A DNA stretch of 36,130 bases. Origin: a bacterium (GTDB lineage: Bacteria > Patescibacteriota > WWE3 > UBA101185 > UBA10185). The translations under genes and the position numbers were made by a program. How positions within the stretch are numbered: the stretch's first letter is position 1; each line of letters starts with the position of its first letter. Below, piece by piece: positions 1 to 10,715 of this stretch. The notes beneath the pieces were generated by a model, which was not told where the DNA came from, did no database searches, and worked only from the letters and a program-made list of their open reading frames with translations. The DNA is taken from positions 3,974-40,103 of the forward strand of contig DAOSPG010000002.1 in assembly GCA_035374605.1 (NCBI GenBank), in the 5' to 3' direction.

Positions 1-272
1 TCTACATGCCCCGGAGTATCAATAATATTTATTCTATGGTCTTTCCAAAAACAAGTTGTTGCCGCCGACTGTATGGTAACTCCTCTTTCTCTTTCCTGAG
101 CCATCCAATCCATTTGAGTATTCCCCTCATCAATATCCCCAATTCTATGGGTTTTCCCAGTATAATAAAGAATTCTTTCTGTTGTAGTAGTCTTCCCCGC
201 ATCAATGTGGGCAATAATTCCAATGTTTCTAATTTTTTCTAAGGGATATTTTTTATCCATTGTATCAGACAT
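1..272 (-). CDS. fusA: Elongation factor G, N-terminal fragment (gene continues past the window start)
   Basis: Reverse complement of 1-272 reads [90 protein letters not shown]. It has the G1 P-loop AHIDAGKTT and the G3 motif DTPGH. ATG at 270-272. It follows rpsL-rpsG as in the str operon. Missing from the ORF track because there is no stop inside the window. Confidence 0.93.
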   Translation of the reverse strand, partial: MSDTMDKKYPLEKIRNIGIIAHIDAGKTTTTERILYYTGKTHRIGDIDEGNTQMDWMAQERERGVTIQSAATTCFWKDHRINIIDTPGHV

Positions 273-283
273 ATTTAAACCTC

Positions 284-751
284 TTAAAATCTTGCGAAAT
301 GAGCAAAAGCCCTATTAGCTTCAGCCATTCTGTGAACTTCATCTCTTTTCTTTATAGCGTCGCCTGTATTCTGATAAGAATCATTTAAAACAGTATACAG
401 CTTCTCTACCATTGATTTTCCTTTTTTGGATTTAGCACTTTCTACTATCCATCTAACTGCTAAAGCTTCGGATCTGTCATGCCTTAGAGGTACCGGCACC
501 TGATATGTAGCACCGCCTATTCTTTTAGAACGAACTTCCTGCTGTGGCATAACATTTTTAACGGCTTGCTCTAATATTCGCAATCTTTCTTTCTCATCTT
601 CACTAAGTTTTTCCATAGAACTATAAACTATTTTAACAGCCAAACTTTTCTTCCCTCTTTCCATAACGGTATTTATCATTCTAGAGACAACTTTAGATTT
701 GTATACCGAATCCGGAACTATAGATCTTTTTTTTGCTCTTTTACCCCTCAT
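284..751 (-). CDS. rpsG: 30S ribosomal protein S7
   Basis: 155 aa. MRGKRAKKR...[19 protein letters not shown]...[10 protein letters not shown] is typical S7. Its ATG overlaps the rpsL TGA stop (ATGA). Confidence 0.97.
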   Translation of the reverse strand: MRGKRAKKRSIVPDSVYKSKVVSRMINTVMERGKKSLAVKIVYSSMEKLSEDEKERLRILEQAVKNVMPQQEVRSKRIGGATYQVPVPLRHDRSEALAVRWIVESAKSKKGKSMVEKLYTVLNDSYQNTGDAIKKRDEVHRMAEANRAFAHFARF

Positions 752-1170
752 TCTTTTTTCTCCTTAGTTTTTCTGACACCGTAAATCGATCGGGATGTCT
801 TTCTTTTCTCAACTCCCGCAAGATCTGCAGTACCTCTAACTATTTCATACTTTATACCCGGTAAATCCTGAACTTTTCCTCCTTTTACAATAACAACCGA
901 GTGTTCTTGGAGATTATGCCCTTCACCGGGAATATAAGCGGTAACTTCTCTTCTATTTGACAATCTTACTCTGGCTACTTTTCTAAGAGCAGAATTAGGT
1001 TTTTTTGGAGTTTGTGTTCTTACCAACAGTACAACTCCCCGCTTTAACGGGCTATTATGCTTAGACACCCTTCTCTTTTTGGTGTTAAAAACTTCCTTTA
1101 GAGCAGGGGTACTTGCCTTTTTCGTCTTCTTTTTTCTACCTTTTCTTACAAGTTGATTAACAGTTGGCAT
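748..1170 (-). CDS. rpsL: 30S ribosomal protein S12
   Basis: 140 aa. [12 protein letters not shown]...[17 protein letters not shown]...[10 protein letters not shown]...VQDLPGIKY are canonical S12 motifs. Starts 1 nt after the rpoC stop. Confidence 0.97.
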   Translation of the reverse strand: MPTVNQLVRKGRKKKTKKASTPALKEVFNTKKRRVSKHNSPLKRGVVLLVRTQTPKKPNSALRKVARVRLSNRREVTAYIPGEGHNLQEHSVVIVKGGKVQDLPGIKYEIVRGTADLAGVEKRKTSRSIYGVRKTKEKKE

Positions 1171-1171
1171 A

Positions 1172-4100
1172 TTAATCTAACCTCGCTCTTTCTCCTGTTG
1201 GAATCAATCTACCAATAATTACATTTTCCTTTAAACCCAACAAGTAATCAACCTTACCAGAGCACGCGGCTTCGGTCAACACATTGCTTGTATGAATAAA
1301 AGATGCGGCCGACATCCAGCTGTCGGTGTACAAAGCGGCTTTAGTTATTCCCAACATAGTGATTTTTCCGGTTGCAGGAGTACCACCACCGGCAATGACT
1401 CTCTCTGCTTCTTCATCAAATCTCGCTCTGGTAACTATTTCCCCAGCCATAAATTCTGTATCCCCCGGGTCTTCAATTTTAACATGATTGAACATTTGTT
1501 TTACTATTATCTCTAAATGCTTATCATTTATAGGTACACCTTGAGAAGCATAAACATTTTGGATTTCCTCAATAATATATTTTTTGGTTTCGTCTACTCC
1601 AACGGTTCTGTAAAGATCACTCAAGTTCAAGTTACCTGAAGTTAATTTTTGACCTTTAGCAACAGTATCACCATCTTTTACCAAAATTTCCTCTACTGGA
1701 TCAACACCGTATTCAACCACTTCTTCACCGGGATCGACCGGAATTACTACTATTTTTCTTTCATCTCCATTTTTTTCAATTCTTGCAACTCCTGATATCT
1801 CACTCATTACTGATAAAAATTTAGGCGCTCGGGCTTCTACCAATTCCTCTACTCTAGGTAAACCCTGTGTAATGTCTTTTCCGACTACACCCCCTGAATG
1901 GAAGGTCTTCAAAGTAAGCTGAGTACCCGGCTCTCCTATAGATTGAGCAGCGGCTACACCAACTGCTGTTCCAACTGCCACAGGTTTTCCCGTCATGAGA
2001 TCCGTCCCGTAACACACTGAGCAAATACCTCTTCTGGTTTCACAGTGCATTGGGGATCTTATAATTATCTTTTCGACACCGGATTTTTCAATTAATTCAA
2101 CATCAGATTCAGTCAATAAAGTTTTAGCTTTAACAATTATTTTATTTCCAACTTTTACATCCTTTGCCAAAACCCTACCGACAACTCTTTCCCCAAATGT
2201 TTGGAGAAGAGTACCTTTTCCTACAATCATCTCTCTACCCTCGTCTGTTCCACAATCTTCTTCTCTAACTAATACATCTTGACTAACGTCCACTAATCTT
2301 CTAGTTAAGTAACCAGCATCAGCAGTTTTTAAACCTTTATCAACAAGGCCTTTTCTAGCACCTCTGGAACCTATAAAATACTCTGAAGCCGATAATCCAA
2401 GTTTAAAATTACCGAATATAGGAACTTCAACAATTCTTCCGGTAGGATCGTAAATTAATCCTTTCATACCAGCCAGTTGTCTTACCTGATCTCTTGAGGC
2501 TTTAGTAGATCCCGACTTAACAAGTATTTTAACCGGATTATCTTCAGGTAAGTTATCCCAAACAACTTTATCCAGATCACTGATTATCTTACTCCATATT
2601 TGTTCATTCTTATTTTTTACCTCTAATCTGGTTATTAATCCTCTCGTATAAAAACTATCAACTTCTTTAGCCAATTTTTTACCTTCATTTATCATTTCCT
2701 CCCTTTCCTTCGGAATTGCAATATCTGCCAAAGATACAGATTGCCCACAAATGGTCCCATATTTCAAACCAATGTCTTTTATGTCATCTATCATTTTAGA
2801 AGCAACCTCATTAGGCTCCTCTTTCAACACCTTGGTTAGAAGACTGGTAACTCTTTTTTTATCCATGGGCTCATTAATAAACTCATAATTTTTTGGCAAA
2901 ATTTTATTAAAGATGATTCTCCCGAGAGTAGTTTCTATTATCTTCCCCCCGATTCTTACTTTTGATAATTGTCTAAGATCCACCTCATTACTTACTTCCA
3001 TTGCGTACATTAACTCAATATCATCTGAATACACTTTATTCAAAACAGGAAGTTTTTCATCCACTGATGTTATGTAATAAACACCAAACAACATTATATT
3101 TGCAGGTATCGATATAGGAGCCCCGCTAGAAGGATTCAAAAGATTATTAGTTGAAATAAGAACATTCTTAGCTTCATCTATTGCTTCATCAGTCAGGGGG
3201 ACATGAACTGCCATTTGATCACCATCAAAGTCAGCATTAAACCCTTTGCAAACGCACAAATGAAGTTTTATCGCATTTCCTTCCACAAGTTTGGGATAAA
3301 AAGCCTGAATACCAAGTCTCCACAAAGTTGGGGCTCTATTCAAAAGAACGGGATGTCCGGAAACAACTTCTTCTAACATATCCCAAACCTCCGGAACTCT
3401 TGTTTCAAGGAAAAATTTCGCGCTTTTTACATTCGGGGCATATCCTCTTGCCAATATTTCTCTTAAAACCATCGGCTTAAAAAGCTCTAATGCCATTTCC
3501 TTTGGAATACCGCACTCATTAAGTTTTAAATCCGGTCCGTTTATTATGACTCCTCTTCCGGAGTAATCCACTCTCTTACCTAAAAGATTTAATCTGAATA
3601 TACCCTGCTTTCCTTTTATCATATCCGCTAAGGACCTGGGCTCCTTCCCACGTGTGTTAGTTCTAGCTTTCTTTCTTCTCTTCGATGAGTCTAAAAGTGC
3701 ATCTACCGATTCCTGAAGCATTCTCTTTTCATTTCTAACAATTATCTCCGGAGCGCCTAAATCTAAAAGCTTTTTTAGTCTATTATTTCTATTTATCAGT
3801 CTTCTATAAAGATCATTTAAATCTGATGTTGCAAATCTTCCCCCATCGAGTTGAACAATTGGTCTTAAATCGGGAGGAATTACCGGAATAACTTCCATAA
3901 TCATTCTGCCAGGTGCCACTCCTGATTTTCTAAACTTCTCAACGGCAACTAATCTCTTTGATATCTTCTGAGCATTTTGACCTTTTGTTTTTTTTAATTG
4001 ATCTCTCAAACTTTCCGATAGGGAATTTAAATCCAACCTATCTAGAATAGTTTTTAAGGCACCCGCGCCAGTTTCCAATTTACAAAATTTATCTAAATAA

Positions 4101-4840
4101 GAAATTAAGGTTATGTATTCATTTTCAGAAATTACCGAATTAAGGTTAACGCTTTCTATTTTCTTTTGAATTAATTTAAACTTTTTCTCCTGTTCTTCTA
4201 CCTTCTTTTCATAATTAGAGGTTACTTTTTGTATTTGCTGTCTAATTTTTAACTCCTCTTCTTTAGCCTTTATTTCGTCATCAAGTTTAGAAAGATTTTC
4301 TATTTCTTTATTTAATGACTTCATTTGATCGTCCATTTCTTTTTGTATAGAAGCTTTGGTCATCTCAAGATCTTTATCTATTTTAGAAATCACCTTCACT
4401 TTATTTTTCTCATCAATTTCCGTAACGATAAATGAAGCAAAATACACAACTGACTCTACGTTTCTTGGTGTCAGATCAAGAATTAGAGCCATATTGGACG
4501 GGATACCCTTAAAAAACCAAACATGAGCGACGGGAGAGGCTAATTTAATATGACCCATTCTTTCTCTTCTCACTCTATTACTGGTAACTTCAACACCGCA
4601 CTTATCACAAATTACTCCCTTATATCTTATGCCTTTATATTTTCCACAATAACATTCATAATTTTTTGTAGGACCGAATATTCTCTCATCAAAAAGACCA
4701 TCTCTTTCGGATTTGAAGGTTCTATAATTTATAGTTTCCGGTTTTGTTACTTCTCCATAAGACCATTCCAGTATATCTTCGGTAGAAGCAAGATATATTC
4801 TTAATGCATCAAAATCTTTTAGTTTATTAATATCTCTCAT
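1172..4840 (-). CDS. rpoC: DNA-directed RNA polymerase subunit beta-prime
   Basis: 1222 aa. N-terminal zinc-binding Cys cluster ([23 protein letters not shown]), catalytic NADFDGDQM, and LPPDLRP...[15 protein letters not shown]. Confidence 0.98.
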   Translation of the reverse strand: MRDINKLKDFDALRIYLASTEDILEWSYGEVTKPETINYRTFKSERDGLFDERIFGPTKNYECYCGKYKGIRYKGVICDKCGVEVTSNRVRRERMGHIKLASPVAHVWFFKGIPSNMALILDLTPRNVESVVYFASFIVTEIDEKNKVKVISKIDKDLEMTKASIQKEMDDQMKSLNKEIENLSKLDDEIKAKEEELKIRQQIQKVTSNYEKKVEEQEKKFKLIQKKIESVNLNSVISENEYITLISYLDKFCKLETGAGALKTILDRLDLNSLSESLRDQLKKTKGQNAQKISKRLVAVEKFRKSGVAPGRMIMEVIPVIPPDLRPIVQLDGGRFATSDLNDLYRRLINRNNRLKKLLDLGAPEIIVRNEKRMLQESVDALLDSSKRRKKARTNTRGKEPRSLADMIKGKQGIFRLNLLGKRVDYSGRGVIINGPDLKLNECGIPKEMALELFKPMVLREILARGYAPNVKSAKFFLETRVPEVWDMLEEVVSGHPVLLNRAPTLWRLGIQAFYPKLVEGNAIKLHLCVCKGFNADFDGDQMAVHVPLTDEAIDEAKNVLISTNNLLNPSSGAPISIPANIMLFGVYYITSVDEKLPVLNKVYSDDIELMYAMEVSNEVDLRQLSKVRIGGKIIETTLGRIIFNKILPKNYEFINEPMDKKRVTSLLTKVLKEEPNEVASKMIDDIKDIGLKYGTICGQSVSLADIAIPKEREEMINEGKKLAKEVDSFYTRGLITRLEVKNKNEQIWSKIISDLDKVVWDNLPEDNPVKILVKSGSTKASRDQVRQLAGMKGLIYDPTGRIVEVPIFGNFKLGLSASEYFIGSRGARKGLVDKGLKTADAGYLTRRLVDVSQDVLVREEDCGTDEGREMIVGKGTLLQTFGERVVGRVLAKDVKVGNKIIVKAKTLLTESDVELIEKSGVEKIIIRSPMHCETRRGICSVCYGTDLMTGKPVAVGTAVGVAAAQSIGEPGTQLTLKTFHSGGVVGKDITQGLPRVEELVEARAPKFLSVMSEISGVARIEKNGDERKIVVIPVDPGEEVVEYGVDPVEEILVKDGDTVAKGQKLTSGNLNLSDLYRTVGVDETKKYIIEEIQNVYASQGVPINDKHLEIIVKQMFNHVKIEDPGDTEFMAGEIVTRARFDEEAERVIAGGGTPATGKITMLGITKAALYTDSWMSAASFIHTSNVLTEAACSGKVDYLLGLKENVIIGRLIPTGERARLD

Positions 4841-4878
4841 ATTTTTTATCCTCTAAGAATTTTTTCATCCTTATTTTC

Positions 4879-7800
4879 CTAATCATTTATTTCTTCTAAA
4901 CCTTCTTTTTTTAAATCTTTTTCGTCAAGAACAACCTCGCTCTGATCAGCCAAATTATCTGCCTCATTCCAATTAGTAGTTTTTTCCTGCTTAGAATCCC
5001 CTGAATTCTCTTCTTTGTCCTCAGCAAGGCTATCTTCAGTTGAGAAAGCTTCAAGTCCCAAACCTAAACCATTTAATTTTCTAACTAATAATTTAAAGGT
5101 TTCCGGAACAGTAGGTCCGGGTATCTTATTTCCCTGTATCAATGCGCTGAAAGCCTGAACCCTACCTAACATATCATCAGATTTTATGGTCAGCATTTCC
5201 TGGAGAGTATGGGCCGCTCCATAAGCTTCTAAAGCCCAAACTTCCATTTCTCCAAGCCTCTGTCCTCCAAATTGCGCTTTTCCACCCAACGGTTGCTGAT
5301 TTATCAAAGAATATGGGCCCGTTGACCTTGCATGAATCTTTTCCTCCGACATGTGAATAAGTTTCAGTATATAGGCATCTCCCACTACTATTTCGTTATG
5401 ATAATATTCTCCTGTTCTACCATCTATCAATTTCATTTTCCCACTTGCAGGATATCCTGCCTTCTTTAACTCTTCCACAACTTTTTCCTCAGGAATTCTT
5501 TGAAGAGATGGGATTTCATAAAACTTATTCAATTTCTTTCCCGCAGCCCCTAAAGAAGCTTCTAAAATCTGGCCGACATTCATTCTTTTTAACACAGCTT
5601 CCGAAGAAAAAACTATATCAACAGATGTTCCATCAGGTAGCATAGGCATATCTATTGCAGGCACTACAGCAGATATAACACCCTTATTACCGTGCCTGCC
5701 GGCGAGTTTATCACCGATTTCAATTTTTTTCTGTTGTGCAACATAAATTGTTATTTTTTCTATTGTTCCGGCAGGTAAAGACTCATTATCTTCTTTAGTA
5801 ACTATTTTTACCCCTATTACAACCCCATGTTCACCGTGAGGCATTCTCAAAGAAGTATCCCTAACATCTTTGGCTTTCTCACCAAATATTGCTCTTAACA
5901 ATCTTTCTTCGGATGTAAGATCAACTTCTCCTTTAGGCGCAACCTTACCGACTAGCACATCTCCTGATTTTACTTTTGAACCTATTGCTACAATCCCTTC
6001 TTCATCGAGATTCCTTAGAGTATCCTCAGAAACATTTGGTATATCTCTTGTAATTTCTTCAGGACCTAATTTTGTTTCTTGAACGGAAGTGGAATAATCC
6101 TGAATGTGAATTGAGGTTAAAATATCTTCCTTAACTATACGATCAGAAATAACTATTCCATCTTCGTACTCCAAACCTTTGTATATCATATAAGCAACTT
6201 TCATATTTGTACCGATGGCTATTTCTCCCTCATTTACTGCCGGACCTTCTACCAAAATATCACCTTTCTTTATTTTTTGCCCTGTTATTACTTTTACCAC
6301 TTGATTGTAATTAGTCCCGCTGTTTGTTTGAACAAATTTCTTCGGACGATATTCCATTTTCCTATTTTTATCAACATACTTCACAACAACTTTATCAGCA
6401 TCAGCATAATCAACAACCCCATCATTTTCAGCTAAAATAAGGGCATCGGTGTTTCTGGCAACCTCCTCCTCTATGCCGGTTCCTACCACCGGTCTTTCCG
6501 GTTTAATTAAGGGCACTGCTTGAGACATCTGCTGGGTCGCCATCGTAATACGAGTTACTTCATCGTTTTGAACAAATGGAACAAGTCCAGCTATAACCCC
6601 AAGAACCTGTGCCGGAACAACTTCAATATATTCAGCAGTTGAAACGTCTCCAAGGAAAAATTCGTGTCCTCTTCTTATCGGAACTTGATGATCTAAAATG
6701 TATCCATTGTTATCCATTTCTACAGATTGGTCAGTAATATTAACATTATCTTCATCATAAGCGGCTAAATAAACAATCTCATTTGTAATCCTTACTCTAC
6801 CTTTTGAATCTTTTACTAATCTTACATAAGGAGTTTCCAAAAATCCGTATTCATTGACACGAGCGTACATCGACATATAGTTGATAAGTCCTACATGAGG
6901 ACCTTCCGGTGTTCTTGCGGGGCATATTCTGCCAAAATAAGAACTGTGAACATCTCTGACGGAAAAACTCGCTCTTTCCTTTGATAAACCCCCGGGTCCA
7001 AGAACAGAAAGTCTCCTCAAATGATCCAAAGCCGTCAAGGGATTTTGCTGATCATGAAGTTGAGATAATTGACCTGTTGCAAAAAACGAGTGTACCGCAG
7101 CTGCAATTGCTCTGGGAGCTATTAAACTTGAAGGTTCGGGGAGTTTGTCCCTGGAAGCTAAACTCATTCTTTCTTTAATATTTTTTTCCATTCTCAAAAA
7201 GCCAACTCTCATTTGCCACTGCAAAAGCTCACCTATACTCTTTACTCTTCTATTTCCTAAAAAATCTACATCGCTTGGATCCCCAATTCCATTGTTTAGT
7301 TCTATAATTTTGGAAATTATTTTTATCAAGTCCTCTAACTGAAGCAGTCTGTGCTTGGGATCGTTAGGAAAATTTAAACCTAGGGTTTGATTTAGTTTAA
7401 ACCTTCCTATCGCCCCCATGCTATATCTTCGTTTGTTAAAGAACATTGCATGAACCAAAGCCTTAGCATTATCAATCACCAAGGGCTCTCCAGGTCTCAT
7501 CTTTTTATAAATTTCTAAACAGGCTTCCTCAAAATTATTCGCAGGATCTTTCGCCAAAGTAGCTTCGGTATAATTAACTTCAGGATTAGTTTCCACACTT
7601 AAAAACGCCTGTCTTATGTCATCGTCGGTCTCCAAACCAAACACTCTTAACAATGTTGTTGCAGTTATTTTTCTTTTTCTATCTATTCTTAAAGAGATAA
7701 CACCTGTTCTGGAAGTTTCAAACTCCAACCAAACACCGCTTTTTGGGATTACTTTGGACCCCGCCAAAAATTGTCCCGTAACGGGAGAGATCTCTCCTAC

Positions 7801-8205
7801 AAATAAAACTCCTTCCGATCTTATAAGCTGATTGATAATTATTCTTTCAACGCCGTTGATAATAAAAGTTCCCTGCTCAGTCATTAAGGGGATATCCCCC
7901 ATATAAATCTCACTTGTTTTTTTCTTTTTTGATATGGGATCTTCGATAGTAGCCTCAACATACCACGGGGCGTCATAAGTTCTTCCTGTCCTCCTGGCCT
8001 CCTCTATAGTTAGATTCTCCTTATCTATTCTTGGATTAGAAAGATTTAAAATCCAACCTCTACCTGATGTATCCTCTATAGTACCGAGTTCATCAAGAAT
8101 TTCCTTCAATCCTTCATTTTTCAACCAATTAAAAGACTCTAATTGGACTGCAACAAGATTAGGTAAAGGAAGAGCTATTTTTCTTTTTAAAAAAGTTTCT
8201 CGCAT
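4879..8205 (-). CDS. rpoB: DNA-directed RNA polymerase subunit beta
   Basis: 1108 aa. Conserved GPGGL...RDVH, FGRICPARTPEGPHVGLI, AGRHGNKGV and GGQRLGEMEVWALEAYGAA blocks. Lies directly upstream of rpoC. Confidence 0.98.
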   Translation of the reverse strand: MRETFLKRKIALPLPNLVAVQLESFNWLKNEGLKEILDELGTIEDTSGRGWILNLSNPRIDKENLTIEEARRTGRTYDAPWYVEATIEDPISKKKKTSEIYMGDIPLMTEQGTFIINGVERIIINQLIRSEGVLFVGEISPVTGQFLAGSKVIPKSGVWLEFETSRTGVISLRIDRKRKITATTLLRVFGLETDDDIRQAFLSVETNPEVNYTEATLAKDPANNFEEACLEIYKKMRPGEPLVIDNAKALVHAMFFNKRRYSMGAIGRFKLNQTLGLNFPNDPKHRLLQLEDLIKIISKIIELNNGIGDPSDVDFLGNRRVKSIGELLQWQMRVGFLRMEKNIKERMSLASRDKLPEPSSLIAPRAIAAAVHSFFATGQLSQLHDQQNPLTALDHLRRLSVLGPGGLSKERASFSVRDVHSSYFGRICPARTPEGPHVGLINYMSMYARVNEYGFLETPYVRLVKDSKGRVRITNEIVYLAAYDEDNVNITDQSVEMDNNGYILDHQVPIRRGHEFFLGDVSTAEYIEVVPAQVLGVIAGLVPFVQNDEVTRITMATQQMSQAVPLIKPERPVVGTGIEEEVARNTDALILAENDGVVDYADADKVVVKYVDKNRKMEYRPKKFVQTNSGTNYNQVVKVITGQKIKKGDILVEGPAVNEGEIAIGTNMKVAYMIYKGLEYEDGIVISDRIVKEDILTSIHIQDYSTSVQETKLGPEEITRDIPNVSEDTLRNLDEEGIVAIGSKVKSGDVLVGKVAPKGEVDLTSEERLLRAIFGEKAKDVRDTSLRMPHGEHGVVIGVKIVTKEDNESLPAGTIEKITIYVAQQKKIEIGDKLAGRHGNKGVISAVVPAIDMPMLPDGTSVDIVFSSEAVLKRMNVGQILEASLGAAGKKLNKFYEIPSLQRIPEEKVVEELKKAGYPASGKMKLIDGRTGEYYHNEIVVGDAYILKLIHMSEEKIHARSTGPYSLINQQPLGGKAQFGGQRLGEMEVWALEAYGAAHTLQEMLTIKSDDMLGRVQAFSALIQGNKIPGPTVPETFKLLVRKLNGLGLGLEAFSTEDSLAEDKEENSGDSKQEKTTNWNEADNLADQSEVVLDEKDLKKEGLEEIND

Positions 8206-8362
8206 TAATTTTTCTTTAATTATTGTTTAACGTAAAATTGTACTACAAAATCCTAACTTTTAAAGTTGTAAATTAAAAACAAAGGCAAAAAGGCCCCTGT
8301 CCCCTCAAGGTAATTGTTTTTTTTGCTATTTTTGATTAAATCCTAAGTTCGGAACAGTGCGA

Positions 8363-8391
8363 AAACTACCACATTAACAAAAAGGTGTCAA
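8363..8391 (-). promoter_or_regulatory. Candidate sigma70-type promoter upstream of rpoB (TTGACA - 17 nt - TAGTTT, with TG at the extended -10 position)
   Basis: The minus strand reads TTGACA cctttttgttaatgtgg TAGTTT immediately after the lepB stop. This would give a leader of about 150 nt before the rpoB ATG. Sequence match only. Confidence 0.35.
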
Positions 8392-8394
8392 CAA

Positions 8395-8940
8395 CTAATT
8401 GACAAATCCAATTCTAGATAGCGGCCACAACCTAAAAACTACACGCCCAACGAATTTACTTTCATCAATTAAACCAATATTCCTGGAATCGAGAGAATTG
8501 TCTCTGTTATCACCTAAAAGAACATACTGTCCCTCCGGAATTTTAATTGACCTACCTTCTCTTATTTGGGAACCTGCTTTAGTACAGGTTTGAGGAGGCA
8601 AATAATTTTCATAGAGAATATAGTGTTCCCCGTCTCTGGAAATTACTATTTTACAATCTATAATCTTAAATACGTCGCCCGGAATACCAACTATTCTTTT
8701 AATGTAATGTTTGGAATCGTCATTTGGAGGATAAAATACAATTACATCTCCTCTTTTAAAAGATGCTTCTCTTTTAGCTGACCTATCAACTAGGATTCTC
8801 TCCCCGGAGTAAAAATTAGGCTCCATACTCGGACCCCACACAACTTCTACTGAAGCTATAAAATAGTATATGAACAAAACAACAACAGCAGAAACTACAA
8901 TAGTTTCAATAATTTCAAAAACAATCTTTCTAATTTTCAT
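8395..8940 (-). CDS. lepB: Signal peptidase I (P-type, Ser-Lys dyad)
   Basis: One TM segment, then GPSMEPNF (catalytic Ser box), YIKRIVGIPGD (Lys box) and GDNRDNSLDSR. I chose the ATG at 8938-8940 (MKIRKIVFEI...). The tracked ORF extends to 9063, but that extension overlaps the divergent gene starting at 9021 and adds a non-homologous leader. Confidence 0.9.
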   Translation of the reverse strand: MKIRKIVFEIIETIVVSAVVVLFIYYFIASVEVVWGPSMEPNFYSGERILVDRSAKREASFKRGDVIVFYPPNDDSKHYIKRIVGIPGDVFKIIDCKIVISRDGEHYILYENYLPPQTCTKAGSQIREGRSIKIPEGQYVLLGDNRDNSLDSRNIGLIDESKFVGRVVFRLWPLSRIGFVN

Positions 8941-9020
8941 AAAATCACTCAAAAATTTACTTTTAGCAATACTGAGATAATAAATGAAGTGTCTTAATTT
9001 GTATAGTAAAATAAAACTCA

Positions 9021-10703
9021 ATGAAAAAAGAAAATAAAAGATTAACTCAAGACAATAAATCAAACAACGGATCCGCAGATATTGAAATAAGAACTTTTTC
9101 CGATCTTAAAAATTTTCTAAAACAAAATAAGTTGGTGGTGTTTTTGATCTGTTTATTTACATTATTAATATACGCAAACATTATAACCGGAGATTTTGTA
9201 AACTTAGATGACTATTCAGTTATACTAACAGGGCCGGAGTATCAAGATATTTGGTCTTCAATAAAATCCCTGGATGGGTATAGAATCACAATGACTATCA
9301 TGGTCAAGCTATTCGGGATCAACTCTTCAGCTCTTCATATTCTCTCAATCGTAACGCATATGATAAATGGGGTTTTAGTTTTCATCCTTCTTTATATTTT
9401 GTTCGGAAAACAAGTATCCTTCATGGGAACTTTTATGTTTTTATCTCATCCGGCAAATACGGAAGTAATAAGTTGGCATGCGGGCTATCCTTACGCCGCG
9501 AGAGCAGTTTTAATTAATCTTATTTTAATATTTTTTGCGCTTTTCAAAAAAACAAAAGAAAAGAAATTTCTAATTGCTTCTTCTCTTGTTTACATTTTTT
9601 CTCTGATATTTTATAGAGGAGGGGGTTGGGTTCTAATTTCTCCTTTTCTTCTTGTTTTAATGGACCAGTTTATTCTTGAGGAAAAAGTAAAATTTAAAAA
9701 TATAGTTGAATACCTGCCTTATTTAATATCCTCTTTAATTTTTGCGGCTATTCTTTTACCTGGTTTTTTTAAGGGAAGAATAAGTGATTTACAAACACTT
9801 TACTACGTAGATATAGAAAGCTCCACCCCTCTTATAAATAGATTACCCTACACAATATATATGGAATTTAAAACTTTAGCTTACCCAATGAATCTGAGCA
9901 TTTACCGTGAAGGCAATTATATAAGCCCGGCAGAGTACACACTTATGGTTTTTGTAACAATGGCCGTAATATTTTCAATCTTTTATTTTCTAAAAAAGGA
10001 TAGAAGAATTTCGGGATTGATGCTGATGATACTTTTTGCAATTCTCCCTTCATTTAGCCCAATAATAATTGCGTGGATTACTGCTGACAGATATTTCTAT
10101 ATCCCTTCGGTATTTTCTTCCGCAATAATATCAATTGCAATAGTTTGGATCGATAATAAGCTAAAGAAGAACAAAAACAAAAAAGGTGTAGTTAAAAAAG
10201 AAAAAGCCGATAAAAGAGGGTTTGCCTTTTATGCTCCTTTGTTTATTATTTTGTTCTATTCAGTAAGAACAATAATCAGAAACAACGATCTTAGAAACAG
10301 CAAAAATCTCTGGATAGCCACAAGAAAAACCGCTCCCTACAGCTATAGAGTTTATAACAACATGGGAGACGTCTTGGCAAATGAAGGAGATCTTGAAGGA
10401 GCTTTAGAAAATTTCAAAATATCCGTTGCTTTAAAACCTGATTACGCAGATGCAGTACACAACATAGGACACATTTATATGGTACAGAAAAAATACGATC
10501 TCGCAAAAAAATATTTAGAAAAATCCTTGGAAATGAACCCGAGACTTTTCCCTTCTGCTTACAAACTTGGCATTATATACGCTGAGGAAGGAAATTACGA
10601 AAATTCAAAAAAATACTTTGAACAATGTTTAGAATATAATCCAACAGATATCTATTGCGCCGAAGGACTTCAAAAAATTCTACAAACTATGGATCAAAAA
10701 TAG
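9021..10703 (+). CDS. Polytopic membrane protein with C-terminal TPR repeats; likely GT-C fold glycosyltransferase of the PMT/TMTC type
   Basis: 560 aa. About 10 or more hydrophobic segments. An acidic loop motif GDFVNLDD follows the first TM, as in the FVxDD motif of TMTC/PMT-like enzymes. The C-terminal ~130 aa hold three TPR-like units (YNNMGDVLANEGDLEGALENF..., HNIGHIYMVQKKYDLAKKYL..., YKLGIIYAEEGNYENSKKYF...). Confidence 0.55.
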   Translation: MKKENKRLTQDNKSNNGSADIEIRTFSDLKNFLKQNKLVVFLICLFTLLIYANIITGDFVNLDDYSVILTGPEYQDIWSSIKSLDGYRITMTIMVKLFGINSSALHILSIVTHMINGVLVFILLYILFGKQVSFMGTFMFLSHPANTEVISWHAGYPYAARAVLINLILIFFALFKKTKEKKFLIASSLVYIFSLIFYRGGGWVLISPFLLVLMDQFILEEKVKFKNIVEYLPYLISSLIFAAILLPGFFKGRISDLQTLYYVDIESSTPLINRLPYTIYMEFKTLAYPMNLSIYREGNYISPAEYTLMVFVTMAVIFSIFYFLKKDRRISGLMLMILFAILPSFSPIIIAWITADRYFYIPSVFSSAIISIAIVWIDNKLKKNKNKKGVVKKEKADKRGFAFYAPLFIILFYSVRTIIRNNDLRNSKNLWIATRKTAPYSYRVYNNMGDVLANEGDLEGALENFKISVALKPDYADAVHNIGHIYMVQKKYDLAKKYLEKSLEMNPRLFPSAYKLGIIYAEEGNYENSKKYFEQCLEYNPTDIYCAEGLQKILQTMDQK

Positions 10704-10715
10704 GAAATATATATT

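Noticed and set aside
6-242. Tracked ORFs at 6..242 (+) and 29..223 (-) at the left edge
   Set aside because: Both are out of frame with, or antisense to, the clear EF-G N-terminus read on the minus strand (1-272). Their translations are low-complexity with no recognisable motifs.
748-1170. Apparent ~11-aa insertion in S12 relative to E. coli
   Set aside because: The same insertion (…[23 protein letters not shown]… in Bacillus) is common outside Proteobacteria, so it is not unusual.
8941-9063. N-terminal 41-aa extension of the lepB ORF (start at 9063)
   Set aside because: The extension is a hydrophobic stretch with no homology to signal peptidases. It overlaps the divergent gene beginning at 9021. 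The internal ATG at 8940 gives a standard N-terminus, TM and catalytic-domain layout.
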